Source: an uncultured Clostridium sp. (lineage in GTDB: Bacteria > Bacillota > Clostridia > TANB77 > CAG-508). From it: 64,000 nt of DNA. A program made the position numbers and the translations under genes. Shown here in pieces: positions 27,592-36,586 of the stretch; position 1 is the first letter of the stretch; the number at the start of each line of letters is the position of its first letter. The stretch lies in contig URWN01000004.1 of the NCBI GenBank assembly GCA_900551615.1, forward strand, positions 10,494 to 74,493, in the 5' to 3' direction. The notes beneath the pieces are model-generated. The model did no database searches, was not told the origin of the DNA, and saw nothing but the letters and a program-made list of their open reading frames with translations.

Positions 27592-27898
27592 CACCCCCAT
27601 TGTATTTTTTTTGAATTGAATTTGCAAAATTTATGTCTTTTATTCCTATTACAGCTTTATTATTTTTTCCTATAGATTTACTTATTTCTTCTATGTTTCC
27701 ATCTATAATTATTGGTATATTATACTTTTCACATATTTTTGAAAATTTACTTTTTGTTCTTTCTGAACTTTCTTTTGAAACTATTACTAATTTTACTTTT
27801 CTTTTTAGTATACTTTCTTCTACACTATCTGCTCCAAATGCTACTTTTCCAGCTTTCATTGCTAGTCCTATTAAGCCTAATATATTATTATTTATCAA
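27578..27898 (-). CDS. ylxQ: L7Ae-family RNA-binding protein (YlxQ-like)
   Basis: [10 protein letters not shown]...V...I......LVI.S.D.S..T pattern. It sits between ylxR and infB. Confidence 0.85.
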   Translation of the reverse strand: MINNNILGLIGLAMKAGKVAFGADSVEESILKRKVKLVIVSKESSERTKSKFSKICEKYNIPIIIDGNIEEISKSIGKNNKAVIGIKDINFANSIQKKYNGGDVIG

Positions 27899-28157
27899 TA
27901 ATTACACCTCTTAAACTTTCATAAATTTCTTTTGAAATTGGTATTTCTAAGACTCTTTCTAGTCTTTTACTTTTTATTACTTTTTCTAAGCAATTTACAT
28001 CATCACAGATATATGCTCCTCGTCCCTCTTTTTTTCCTGTTCTGTCTATAGATATTTCATTATCTTTATTTTTAACTATTCGTATTAAATCTTTTTTGTC
28101 TTTTTTTTCATTACATCCCATGCATGTTCTTTGTGGTTGTTTTTTCATAACATACAC
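27888..28157 (-). CDS. ylxR: YlxR/DUF448 RNA-binding protein
   Basis: RTCMGCNEKKDKKDLIRIV....I..D..GK..GRGAYIC signature. It lies downstream of nusA. Confidence 0.88.
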   Translation of the reverse strand: MYVMKKQPQRTCMGCNEKKDKKDLIRIVKNKDNEISIDRTGKKEGRGAYICDDVNCLEKVIKSKRLERVLEIPISKEIYESLRGVIIDK

Positions 28158-28230
28158 CTTCCTTTTAATTTATGCCTAGATTTTGCTTATTATCACGTTT
28201 AATGTGCATTTTGTCCCTAAAATTTACACA

Positions 28231-29358
28231 TTATTCTTTGTTTTCATTTTCATTATTTTCAATTTTTTCGTTTTCTTCTTCACTTTGATTTTGTTGTTCT
28301 TGAAGTATTTGTCTAAATTGTGATTCTGATTTTATATCTATTTTCCAATTTGTTAATTTAGCTGCTAATCTTGCATTTTGTCCTGCTTTACCAATTGCTA
28401 ATGATAATTGATCATCTGGTACTATAACTTCTGCAAATCTTTCGTCTTCTTTTATATCTACTGCTAATATTTGTGCTGGTAATAATGCTGATGCTATGTA
28501 TATACTTGGATCTTCATCCCATTCTATAACATCAATTTTTTCTCCATGTAATTCGTTTATTACATTTTGAATTCTTACACCTTTTGCTCCGACACATGAA
28601 CCAACTGGGTCTATATTAGGGTCTGGTGAATATACTGCTACTTTGCTTCTTGAACCTGCATCTCTTGAAACACTTTTTATTTCTATAACACCTTCATATA
28701 TTTCTGGTATTTCAAATTCTAGTAATTTTCTTACAAAGTCTGGATGACTTCTAGATATCATTACTTGTGGTGCTCCTTTTAGTCCTCTTTCTACATCTAC
28801 TATATATGCTTTTATTTTGTCATTTACTCTGTATTTTTCTGTTGGTACTTGCTCTTTAGAAAGCATTATTCCTTCTATTCTTCCTAAGTCAACAACTACT
28901 ATGTTTTTATCTGCTTTTTGTATAATTCCTGAAACTATTTCACCTTTTCTTTGGCTATATTCGTCAAATATTAAGTCTCTTTCTACTTCTCTTAATTTTT
29001 GTACAATAACTTGTTTTGCTGTTTGTGCTGCTATTCTTCCAAAGTCTTTTGGTACTATTTCAATATCTACTGTATCTCCATATGTTAAGTTTTTATTTAT
29101 TTTATGTGCTTCTTCTAAGCTTATTTCTGTTACTTCATCATTTGCGTTTTCTACTATTTCTTTTACTGAATAAATATGTGTTGCACCTGTTTTATGGTCT
29201 ATGTCTACTTTTACATTTTCTAATGCATCAAAATTTCTTTTATATGCTGTAACTAATGCTGTTTCTATTGATTCTAGTACATATTCTTTTTTTATTCCTT
29301 TCTCTTTTTCTAATTCTTCTAATGCTAATATTAACTCTTTGTTATCTATAGCTTTCAT
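28231..29358 (-). CDS. nusA: Transcription termination/antitermination factor NusA
   Basis: N-terminal domain, S1 domain (GEIVSGIIQK) and two KH domains (GSCVGAKGVRIQNV, LAIGKAGQNARLAAKLT). Confidence 0.95.
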   Translation of the reverse strand: MKAIDNKELILALEELEKEKGIKKEYVLESIETALVTAYKRNFDALENVKVDIDHKTGATHIYSVKEIVENANDEVTEISLEEAHKINKNLTYGDTVDIEIVPKDFGRIAAQTAKQVIVQKLREVERDLIFDEYSQRKGEIVSGIIQKADKNIVVVDLGRIEGIMLSKEQVPTEKYRVNDKIKAYIVDVERGLKGAPQVMISRSHPDFVRKLLEFEIPEIYEGVIEIKSVSRDAGSRSKVAVYSPDPNIDPVGSCVGAKGVRIQNVINELHGEKIDVIEWDEDPSIYIASALLPAQILAVDIKEDERFAEVIVPDDQLSLAIGKAGQNARLAAKLTNWKIDIKSESQFRQILQEQQNQSEEENEKIENNENENKE

Positions 29359-29430
29359 TTTTATTCCTCCTATTATTTATATACTTTTATCATTTGGGGC
29401 TAATACAATTATTTTACCCTTATAATAATA

Positions 29431-29889
29431 TTACCAATTATAAACTGTTTTTATTTGTGATATGTTTTTTCTTTCTATGTTTATATCTTTTTCTTCTTGT
29501 TCTATCACTATTTTTTCTTGATTGAAATCTTTTAATTTTCCTAAATATTCTTTTTTTCCGTTTTCGTCTTTTTTAAATAATTTTATTGTTACTTCTTCGC
29601 CAATATTTTTTTCTAGATGTTTGTCTTTTCTTAGTACTCTTTCTATTCCTGGCGAAGATATTTCTAAAAAGTATTGTTCTTTTATGTAATTTTCTTTATC
29701 TAAAATGTCTGTAATTGAATCATTTACTTTTTCGCAATCGTTTAAGTCTATTCCTTTTTCGTTGTCTATAAATATTCTTAAAAAGTAGTTTTTTCCTTCT
29801 TTTGCATATTCTACATCATATAGTTCGTAACCTAAGTTTTCAATTATTGGTTCTACTAATTTTGTTACTTTTTCTTCTATACTTGCCAC
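29431..29889 (-). CDS. rimP: Ribosome maturation factor RimP
   Basis: 152 aa with GYELYDVEY.KEG....LRIFID and EISSPGIERVL. GTG start 9 nt after GGAGG. Confidence 0.9.
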   Translation of the reverse strand: MASIEEKVTKLVEPIIENLGYELYDVEYAKEGKNYFLRIFIDNEKGIDLNDCEKVNDSITDILDKENYIKEQYFLEISSPGIERVLRKDKHLEKNIGEEVTIKLFKKDENGKKEYLGKLKDFNQEKIVIEQEEKDINIERKNISQIKTVYNW

Positions 29890-29915
29890 TTTTTACCTCC
29901 TTTTATTTCAAAACT

Positions 29916-29942
29916 AAAGAGTGGGATTTGTTCCCACTCTTT
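29916..29942 (-). promoter_or_regulatory. Terminator-like leader hairpin in the rimP-nusA 5' UTR
   Basis: 11-bp perfect stem AAAGAGTGGGA/TCCCACTCTTT with a 5-nt loop, followed on the minus strand by AGTTTTGAAAT (an interrupted U tract). It lies between the predicted promoter and the rimP RBS. Confidence 0.55.
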
Positions 29943-29966
29943 ACTGTCTCGTATGTTGATATTTAT

Positions 29967-29995
29967 ATTATACCCAATTTTTAGCATAAATGCAA
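29967..29995 (-). promoter_or_regulatory. Sigma-A-type promoter of the rimP-nusA-infB operon (TTGCAT-17-TATAAT)
   Basis: The minus strand reads TTGCAT TTATGCTAAAAATTGGG TATAAT. Confidence 0.5.
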
Positions 29996-30012
29996 GCTTT
30001 TTGAAGTTTTTT

Positions 30013-31284
30013 TTAAACTTTTTCTACTTCTTTTGCTACTTCTTCTATATTTTCGTTTACATCATCTATTTTTATGCTTCTATTATGAGTAATTTTTTCC
30101 CAACTTGTTTCTCTTTTAAATAAACATTTAAAGTTTATTAGTAACCATGAACCCATGAATAATGGATATGTGAATAATCCTTTTATCATTGGTTTTATTG
30201 GCTTACCATCTATCCACATAACAAATGCTGCTGTAAGTGATGGTAATACAAATGTTGGTATTAGATATCTTAATATATTTATTACTAGTTCTACTTGTGT
30301 CATCCCATCCATTGCATATATTACAAAATTTGATACTAGTAAAATTAATGTTAATATGAACATTGGTATACTTCCTATTATATATAAGAAACCATCAAAG
30401 TTCATCATTGTTTTGTTGTCTTTTACTGCTTCTGCTAATTTTGCTGTATATTCTTTCATACATTGCATATGTCCTACTGTCCATCTGCTTCTTTGTGACC
30501 AACTTTGTGCAAATCCTGTTGGTTGTTCATCATATACTATTGCTTCTGTTGACCATCCTAATCTTTTTCCTTTTAGGATTCTTTGTAATGAGAATTCAAT
30601 GTCTTCAGTTAATGTTACTGTTTTCCATCCACCATTTTCTTTTATGATGTCAAAGCTTACCATAAATCCTGTTCCGTTTAATAATGGTGATAGTCCTAAA
30701 TTATATCTTGCTAAATGATAGAATTTGTGCATTGTCCAGTAGAATAGTGCATATCCTGATGTTATCCAGTTGTCTGTTGGATTTTTGATATCTCTATATC
30801 CTTGAACAACTTCTTCTCCTTGACATAGTTTTTTGTTCATTGCTTTTAAGAAGTTTTTGTCTACTATGTTGTCTGCATCAAATATACATATTGCATCATA
30901 TGGTGCATCTTCTTTTATTTTTTGTTGTAAGAACCAGTCTAGTGCATATCCTTTTGTTTTCTTTGTTTCGTCGTATCTTTCATATACTATTGCACCAGCT
31001 TCTCTTGCTATTCTTGCAGTTCTGTCTGTACAGTTATCTGCAATTACATATATATCGTATAAATTTTTGTCATATTCTTGATTTTTTAAGCTTTCTATTA
31101 AGTTTCCTACTACTGCTTCTTCGTTGTGTGCTGGTATTATTGCCATAAATCTGTGATTTTTGTTTACTTTTAATGGTTTGTCTTTTAATTTTACTAATGA
31201 GCATACACTTACTAATATTTGATATAACCAGAATATCGTTATTATCCAAATTAACGCTTCTCTTAGTATATAAACGTAATCCAT
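30013..31284 (-). CDS. Processive family-2 glycosyltransferase (PgaC/IcaA/cellulose-synthase-like), integral membrane
   Basis: N-terminal TM, GT2 core (AIIPAHNEE, DADN) and the QxxRW motif (SQRSRWTVGH), plus C-terminal TM helices. Confidence 0.85.
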   Translation of the reverse strand: MDYVYILREALIWIITIFWLYQILVSVCSLVKLKDKPLKVNKNHRFMAIIPAHNEEAVVGNLIESLKNQEYDKNLYDIYVIADNCTDRTARIAREAGAIVYERYDETKKTKGYALDWFLQQKIKEDAPYDAICIFDADNIVDKNFLKAMNKKLCQGEEVVQGYRDIKNPTDNWITSGYALFYWTMHKFYHLARYNLGLSPLLNGTGFMVSFDIIKENGGWKTVTLTEDIEFSLQRILKGKRLGWSTEAIVYDEQPTGFAQSWSQRSRWTVGHMQCMKEYTAKLAEAVKDNKTMMNFDGFLYIIGSIPMFILTLILLVSNFVIYAMDGMTQVELVINILRYLIPTFVLPSLTAAFVMWIDGKPIKPMIKGLFTYPLFMGSWLLINFKCLFKRETSWEKITHNRSIKIDDVNENIEEVAKEVEKV

Positions 31285-31442
31285 TTTTTCTACCTCTCTT
31301 TTTTCTTTTATTCTATTTTTATTATCTCACATTATCTATTATACTATTATTGTCAAAATTATGCAACTTTTTTTTGCAATTTTTCTTAATTTTTGTTATA
31401 ATATATTAATATTAAATTATATAAATCTCAAGGAGGTTCTGT

Positions 31443-31766
31443 ATGAACAAAGAAGAAATTATTAAGGAAGCAAAGAAACGGTTTAAACCTCATTATGTTT
31501 TCTATGTAACAGTTAGGGATGACGCCAATTTGTTACCTGTTGAATTGTCACCTTTTACTTCTATAATTCAACATAGTATAGATGAATTGCAACATAAGAA
31601 CTATGTTATAAGGGTTCATGCTGAGTATATAACTGTAAGTTCAAAAGATTTTCTGTTTGAACCTTTTAAATTACTTTTTGACGATAAACTGTGGCTTGAA
31701 TTGTATTATGTATTTTACATTGTAGATAAAAAAAAGGTTGATTCTTTAAAAAAGGAAAAAATTTAA
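31443..31766 (+). CDS. Hypothetical protein (107 aa)
   Basis: RBS AAGGAGG 7 nt upstream of the ATG, with its own terminator. It contains an in-frame CGG. No motif recognised. Confidence 0.55.
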   Translation: MNKEEIIKEAKKRFKPHYVFYVTVRDDANLLPVELSPFTSIIQHSIDELQHKNYVIRVHAEYITVSSKDFLFEPFKLLFDDKLWLELYYVFYIVDKKKVDSLKKEKI

Positions 31767-31799
31767 TTTCTTTAATTGGACTGTAAAAAGTCCAACATA

Positions 31800-31845
31800 A
31801 AAGATGAGATTTGAGTTAAAATTATAACTTGAATCTCATTTTTTG
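31800..31845 (+). terminator. Rho-independent terminator of the 107-aa ORF
   Basis: atgagatttgagtt (31804-31817) pairs with aacttgaatctcat (31826-31839). This is 14 bp including two G-U pairs, followed by TTTTT. Confidence 0.7.
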
Positions 31846-31975
31846 TTATTCTTTCAATGTTTTTATTTGATTATTTCTATAAAATTTTATTTTGAGACAT
31901 GCTGGAATTATATTTTGTAACATTTTTATTTATTTTTAATATACTAGATTAAAAAAGTTTATGGAGGTATTTATT

Positions 31976-32965
31976 TTGAAAACTAATTATAAAGTTGCAA
32001 TTGTAGGTTCAACTGGTGTAGTTGGCCGAACTGTATTAAAAGTTTTAGAAGAAAAAAGCTTTAAAAATTGTACATATACTTTATTTGCTTCTAAAAAATC
32101 TGCTGGTACCAAAGTACAATTCTTAGGTCAAAATTATATAATTCAGGAATTAACAGAAAATTCATTTAAATTCAATTTTGATTATGCTATTTTCTGTGCT
32201 GGCAGTGCTGTTTCTAAAAAATTTATTCCTATTGCTGTTCAAACTGGGTGTATAGTAATAGATAATAGTAGTGTTTATAGGATGGATAAAGATGTTCCGT
32301 TGGTTGTTCCTGAAGTTAATGCTGAAAAGATTTTTGAAAATAAAGGAATTATTGCAAATCCTAATTGTTCTACAATACAAGCTGTTGTTGCTTTGAAACC
32401 TTTAGATGATAAATATAAAATAAAAAGAGTAGTGTATTCTACATATCAAGCTGTTTCTGGTTCCGGAAAGGCAGGAATTGAGGATTTAGAAAATGGTATT
32501 AAAGGAATTGCTCCTAAAAAGTTTCCACATCCTATTTTTAATAACTGTTTGCCTCATATTGATGTTTTTGAGCCTGATGGTTATACAAAAGAAGAGTATA
32601 AAATGATTAATGAAACTAGAAAACTTTTAAATAAGCCTATGCTTCCTGTTACTGCTACATGTGTTAGGGTTCCTGTTATGAATTGTCATAGTGAGAGTAT
32701 AAATATTGAGTTTAAAACAAATTTTGATATTTATGATGTTAAAATGCTGTTACAAAATTCTCCTGGTATTATTCTTGTTGATGATATTGAAAAAGATTAT
32801 TATCCTTTGGCTACTAAAGCTGATGGTTATGATGAAGTTTTTGTTGGTAGAATTAGACGTGATTTTAGTGTTCCTTATGGTATTAATTTATGGGTTGTTG
32901 CTGATAATTTGCGTAAGGGAGCTGCTTCCAATGCAGTTCAAATTTTGGAGAAATTAATTTCATAA
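31976..32965 (+). CDS. asd: Aspartate-semialdehyde dehydrogenase
   Basis: VAIVGSTGVVG Rossmann motif and active-site NPNCSTIQ. The TTG at 31976 follows GGAGG by 8 nt. The ATG at 31961 overlaps that RBS and is the alternative start. Confidence 0.9.
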   Translation: MKTNYKVAIVGSTGVVGRTVLKVLEEKSFKNCTYTLFASKKSAGTKVQFLGQNYIIQELTENSFKFNFDYAIFCAGSAVSKKFIPIAVQTGCIVIDNSSVYRMDKDVPLVVPEVNAEKIFENKGIIANPNCSTIQAVVALKPLDDKYKIKRVVYSTYQAVSGSGKAGIEDLENGIKGIAPKKFPHPIFNNCLPHIDVFEPDGYTKEEYKMINETRKLLNKPMLPVTATCVRVPVMNCHSESINIEFKTNFDIYDVKMLLQNSPGIILVDDIEKDYYPLATKADGYDEVFVGRIRRDFSVPYGINLWVVADNLRKGAASNAVQILEKLIS

Positions 32966-32966
32966 A

Positions 32967-32999
32967 AGCGCTTTTGGATATTTCAAAAGCACTTTTATG
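32967..32999 (+). terminator. asd terminator
   Basis: aaagcgcttttg ... caaaagcacttt gives a 12-bp stem with one mismatch, then a T-rich tail. Confidence 0.55.
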
Positions 33000-33060
33000 A
33001 GTGTCATTCTAATAAAAGTTATTTAGTTATATGTTTATTTCACGGCTTAAGCATTCAGAG

Positions 33061-34218
33061 TTACACAAATAAAAGTGGGCGAAAACTGATGCTATCGAAG
33101 CTGGCGGAAGTAGTGTTGAAGCTGTGAAAGCTTGTGTAATCGTTGTTGTAATAGCAACTGCCTCCACTATAGACGCAGGGAAATTCTGAATTGTCTGTCG
33201 TCTCTGTTGTCCATTCTAATACATTACTTGCCATGTCATATACATTGCATTGCACATCTTTAGTACTTTGTGTGTTTGTTCCTGTTTGTGCTATTGAACC
33301 TGTATTTAAACTATTTTGTCTTGAATATGTTGCATTTGTTCCACATGTTTGTAAGAACAATGTTGCTGTATCCCATGCATAACTATTCATTAAGTCGCTT
33401 GTGAATTTATTACTATTATACATATTTTGTGCTTGTTCTGCTGCTTGTATTTGTGTTACATAATTATATACCTGATCTGTTCCTTTTTCTGTTATTTGTG
33501 TTAATGTGTTATCTGCTGATGTTCTTGCTGTGGTTGTTCTTGCTTCATATCTACCGATATAATATCCATTATTTTTTGTTACACTATTTTTAAAATTTGT
33601 TATATTTTTTGCTATTGTATTTCCATAATTTTTTAATGTTGTATTTGTATCTCCTTTGTCTTCCTCTACATAACTTCCTGAATATGCACTTTTTTCTCCA
33701 GTTGTTTCATCAAAATCATATCTTCCTAATGTAATAGTTTTAGTTTGTGATTCTGTTTTTTGCTCATCTGTATAAATTTTTCCAACTGGTATCCATACAA
33801 ATTGACTTCCAGCTGTTGCTCCTGATGTTGCATCTTCTATAACTATACCTTTATCAACTGTTGCTGCATCATTTGTTACTTTGAATCCTGCTGGTACTAC
33901 TATTTTATTTCCATATGCATCTTGTAATTCTGTATTATCTGTTATACTTAACACACTTCCTATATTATCACTAACTTTTTTTACTGGTGTTTTTACATCT
34001 CCTGATATATATTTATTTAATTCATCTTCATATTCATTTAATGTCTTTGCTTGATTCTCTTCTGCATTTTGTGACTTTTCCTTTGCTTCTTGTGCTTTTG
34101 CAAATAATCCTGTATTTGTTAATGATTGTATTGATATTGTTGCTAATATCAATAAGATTATTATTGTTATAACCAGTGCTACTAGTGTTATACCTTTGTC
34201 TTTATTTTCTTTTTTCAT
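33061..34218 (-). CDS. Pilin-like N-terminal anchor fused to an FGE/SUMF1 (formylglycine-generating-enzyme-like) domain
   Basis: Start set to the ATG at 34218 (RBS GGAGAGGA). The N-terminus MKKENKDKGITLVALVITIIILLILA resembles a class III (prepilin-type) signal but has Ala instead of Glu at +5. The C-terminus has YDMASNVLEWT, GGS and SFRP, as in FGE-sulfatase domains. Confidence 0.7.
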   Translation of the reverse strand: MKKENKDKGITLVALVITIIILLILATISIQSLTNTGLFAKAQEAKEKSQNAEENQAKTLNEYEDELNKYISGDVKTPVKKVSDNIGSVLSITDNTELQDAYGNKIVVPAGFKVTNDAATVDKGIVIEDATSGATAGSQFVWIPVGKIYTDEQKTESQTKTITLGRYDFDETTGEKSAYSGSYVEEDKGDTNTTLKNYGNTIAKNITNFKNSVTKNNGYYIGRYEARTTTARTSADNTLTQITEKGTDQVYNYVTQIQAAEQAQNMYNSNKFTSDLMNSYAWDTATLFLQTCGTNATYSRQNSLNTGSIAQTGTNTQSTKDVQCNVYDMASNVLEWTTETTDNSEFPCVYSGGSCYYNNDYTSFHSFNTTSASFDSISFRPLLFV

Positions 34219-34405
34219 AAAAAATCCTCTCCTTTGTATCTTATTATTTTTTCTTATTATTCGTACTTTTTTCTTTTTAATACATTTTTTATTTAATCCA
34301 TTGTAAATATATACTTCAATAAATAACATTCCATTGAATGCATCTAGACAAAGGTATTTAATTTTCAATATTAGTGTTATTTACTTCTATATTTTTTACA
34401 AAGTA

Positions 34406-34434
34406 ATTCTAACACAACATTTTATGTATTTCAA
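34406..34434 (-). promoter_or_regulatory. Candidate promoter (TTGAAA-17-TAGAAT, TG-extended) of the pilin-FGE gene, implying a ~180-nt leader
   Basis: The minus strand reads TTGAAA TACATAAAATGTTGTGT TAGAAT. Confidence 0.4.
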
Positions 34435-34538
34435 TATTTTTCACTATTTTTATTATGCTTTTTGCATATATTTTTTGTATTCTATTGTATTAATTAATAT
34501 TAGTGCTTTCCTTATATTTTTGTTTTTATTAAACACAA

Positions 34539-34573
34539 AAAAGAACCTGAAGTTTTATTCTTCAGATTCTTTT
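34539..34573 (-). terminator. spoVG terminator
   Basis: AAAAGAATCTGAAG AATAAAA CTTCAGGTTCTTTT followed by TTG on the minus strand. The stem is imperfect. Confidence 0.6.
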
Positions 34574-34580
34574 AAATTTA

Positions 34581-34853
34581 TTATTCTGCTGATTCCTCTG
34601 TTTCTGGAGCTTCATAAGCTTCTAATATAGCTTTTTGAATTTTCTCTCTTGTTTCAGCATTGATTGGATGTGCTATATCTCTGAATTCTCCGTTTGGAGT
34701 TTTTCTGCTAGGCATAGCTATGAATAATCCATTTTGGCTTTCGATAACTTTGATATCATGTACTGCGAATTCGTTATCGAATGTTACAGAAGCAACAGCT
34801 TTCATTCTGTTCTCTGAATTTACTTTTCTTAAACGTACATCTGTAATTTGCAT
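34581..34853 (-). CDS. spoVG: Septation/sporulation regulator SpoVG
   Basis: [11 protein letters not shown]....[22 protein letters not shown]...[10 protein letters not shown]...[11 protein letters not shown] is near-canonical for SpoVG. Confidence 0.95.
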   Translation of the reverse strand: MQITDVRLRKVNSENRMKAVASVTFDNEFAVHDIKVIESQNGLFIAMPSRKTPNGEFRDIAHPINAETREKIQKAILEAYEAPETEESAE

Positions 34854-35085
34854 TTTAGTGCACCGTCCTTCCTTAAGTTTTAATATTTGTACATATTAGT
34901 TTATTCTTATGTACTTATCTTATTATTCTCCATAAAAAATTTTTTTCCTTCTTTTTTTTACAATTTTTATAAAAAATTTTTTATTTAATAATTTTAGTAT
35001 ATGTATTTAATAAAAAATGTAAAATAGTACTAATTATATAATTTGAAAAATATATTTATTTTATAATAAGATTTTCCAAAAACTC

Positions 35086-35114
35086 TTGAATTTTAAAGAA
35101 TATAATTATATAAT
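35086..35114 (+). promoter_or_regulatory. Sigma-A-type promoter for murC (TTGAAT-17-TATAAT)
   Basis: ttgaat tttaaagaatataatta tataat, about 60 nt upstream of the murC ATG. Confidence 0.5.
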
Positions 35115-35177
35115 CTATCTGTTAAAATTATATTAAATTATTTTTTACTTTATTAAAACTTAAGGAGTGGATTTTAA

Positions 35178-36560
35178 ATGCCAAATATAGAAAATATTAA
35201 AAAATATAAAAATGTACATATGATTGGTATTGGTGGAGTAAGTATGAGCGGAATCGCAGCAATACTTACAAATTGGGGATTTAATGTTACTGGTTCAGAC
35301 TGGGCAAAATCTGAAGCAACAGATAAATTAAATTCTATGGGAATAAAAGTTACAATTGGTCATAATTTAGAAGATGTTGCTAAATCTGATGTTGTAGTTT
35401 ATTCTGCAGCAATAAAACAAGATGACCCTGAAATGGTAGAAGCCAAGAAATTAAATATTCCAACTATAGAAAGAGCTGATTTTTTAGGTGAACTTACAAG
35501 ATGTTATAAAGATACTATTTGTATTTCTGGAACACATGGAAAAACAACAACTACTTCAATGATTTCTCTTTGTTTCCTTGAAGCTTTACAAGATCCAAGT
35601 ATTCAAGTTGGTGCTTTCTTGAAAGCTATTGATGGAAATTATAGAGTTGGAAATAGTGACCATTTTATAATAGAAGCTTGTGAATATGTTGAAAGCTTTT
35701 TAAAATTTAGCCCTAAAGCTGAAATTATTTTAAACATAGATAATGATCATCTTGATTATTTTAAAACTTTTGAAAATATAAAATATGCTTTTATAAAATA
35801 TGTTAAATTATTACCAGATGATGGTTTATTGGTTATTAATGGTGATGATAAAAATTGCCTTGATTTACCTCAATATACAAATGCTAAAATTATTACATAT
35901 GGAATAAATAATACAAATGTTAATTTCTGTGCTAAAAATATTGAATTTGATAATGATGCTTTCGCTTCATTTGATGTTTATAAAAATGGCAAATTTTTTG
36001 AAAAAATCAAGTTATCAGTTCCTGGTGGTCATAACGTTCTAAATGCATTAGCTTGTATTTCTTTGTGTGATTATTATGGAATAGACAAAAAAGATTTACA
36101 ATCAGCCTTAAAAAAATTTACCGGTGCTCACAGAAGATTTGAGTTTAAAGGAAAAGTAAATGGAGCTAGTATATATGATGACTACGGACATCATCCAACT
36201 GAAATTGTTGCTACCTCTAAATCAGTTGCAAATAAAAAACATAATAAATCATGGGTTGTTTTTCAGCCACATACTTATAGTAGAACAAAAAATCTATTAG
36301 ACGATTTTGCACATGCTTTGTTAAATTTTGATAATGTTATTGTTTTAGATATCTATGCAGCTAGAGAAACTAACACTTACAATATTTCTTCTAAAGATTT
36401 AGTTGATAAAATAATTTCTTTAGGAAAAGATGCTAAGTATATTCCTGATTTTAATGATTGTGTTACTTATCTAAAAGAAAATGTTCAAAAAGATGATTTA
36501 ATCTTAACTTTAGGAGCTGGTACTGTTACTCAAATAGGACCAATGCTTCTAGAAAAGTAA
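35178..36560 (+). CDS. murC: UDP-N-acetylmuramate--L-alanine ligase
   Basis: HMIGIGGVSMSGIA and GTHGKTTTTSM, with Mur ligase middle and C-terminal domains. RBS AAGGAG. Confidence 0.95.
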   Translation: MPNIENIKKYKNVHMIGIGGVSMSGIAAILTNWGFNVTGSDWAKSEATDKLNSMGIKVTIGHNLEDVAKSDVVVYSAAIKQDDPEMVEAKKLNIPTIERADFLGELTRCYKDTICISGTHGKTTTTSMISLCFLEALQDPSIQVGAFLKAIDGNYRVGNSDHFIIEACEYVESFLKFSPKAEIILNIDNDHLDYFKTFENIKYAFIKYVKLLPDDGLLVINGDDKNCLDLPQYTNAKIITYGINNTNVNFCAKNIEFDNDAFASFDVYKNGKFFEKIKLSVPGGHNVLNALACISLCDYYGIDKKDLQSALKKFTGAHRRFEFKGKVNGASIYDDYGHHPTEIVATSKSVANKKHNKSWVVFQPHTYSRTKNLLDDFAHALLNFDNVIVLDIYAARETNTYNISSKDLVDKIISLGKDAKYIPDFNDCVTYLKENVQKDDLILTLGAGTVTQIGPMLLEK

Positions 36561-36586
36561 AAAGCTCAAAGGAGCTTTTTATTTTT
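36558..36586. terminator. Bidirectional terminator shared by murC (+) and spoIVB (-)
   Basis: aaagctc aaag gagcttt (36561-36578), flanked by an A-run and a T-run. Confidence 0.6.
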
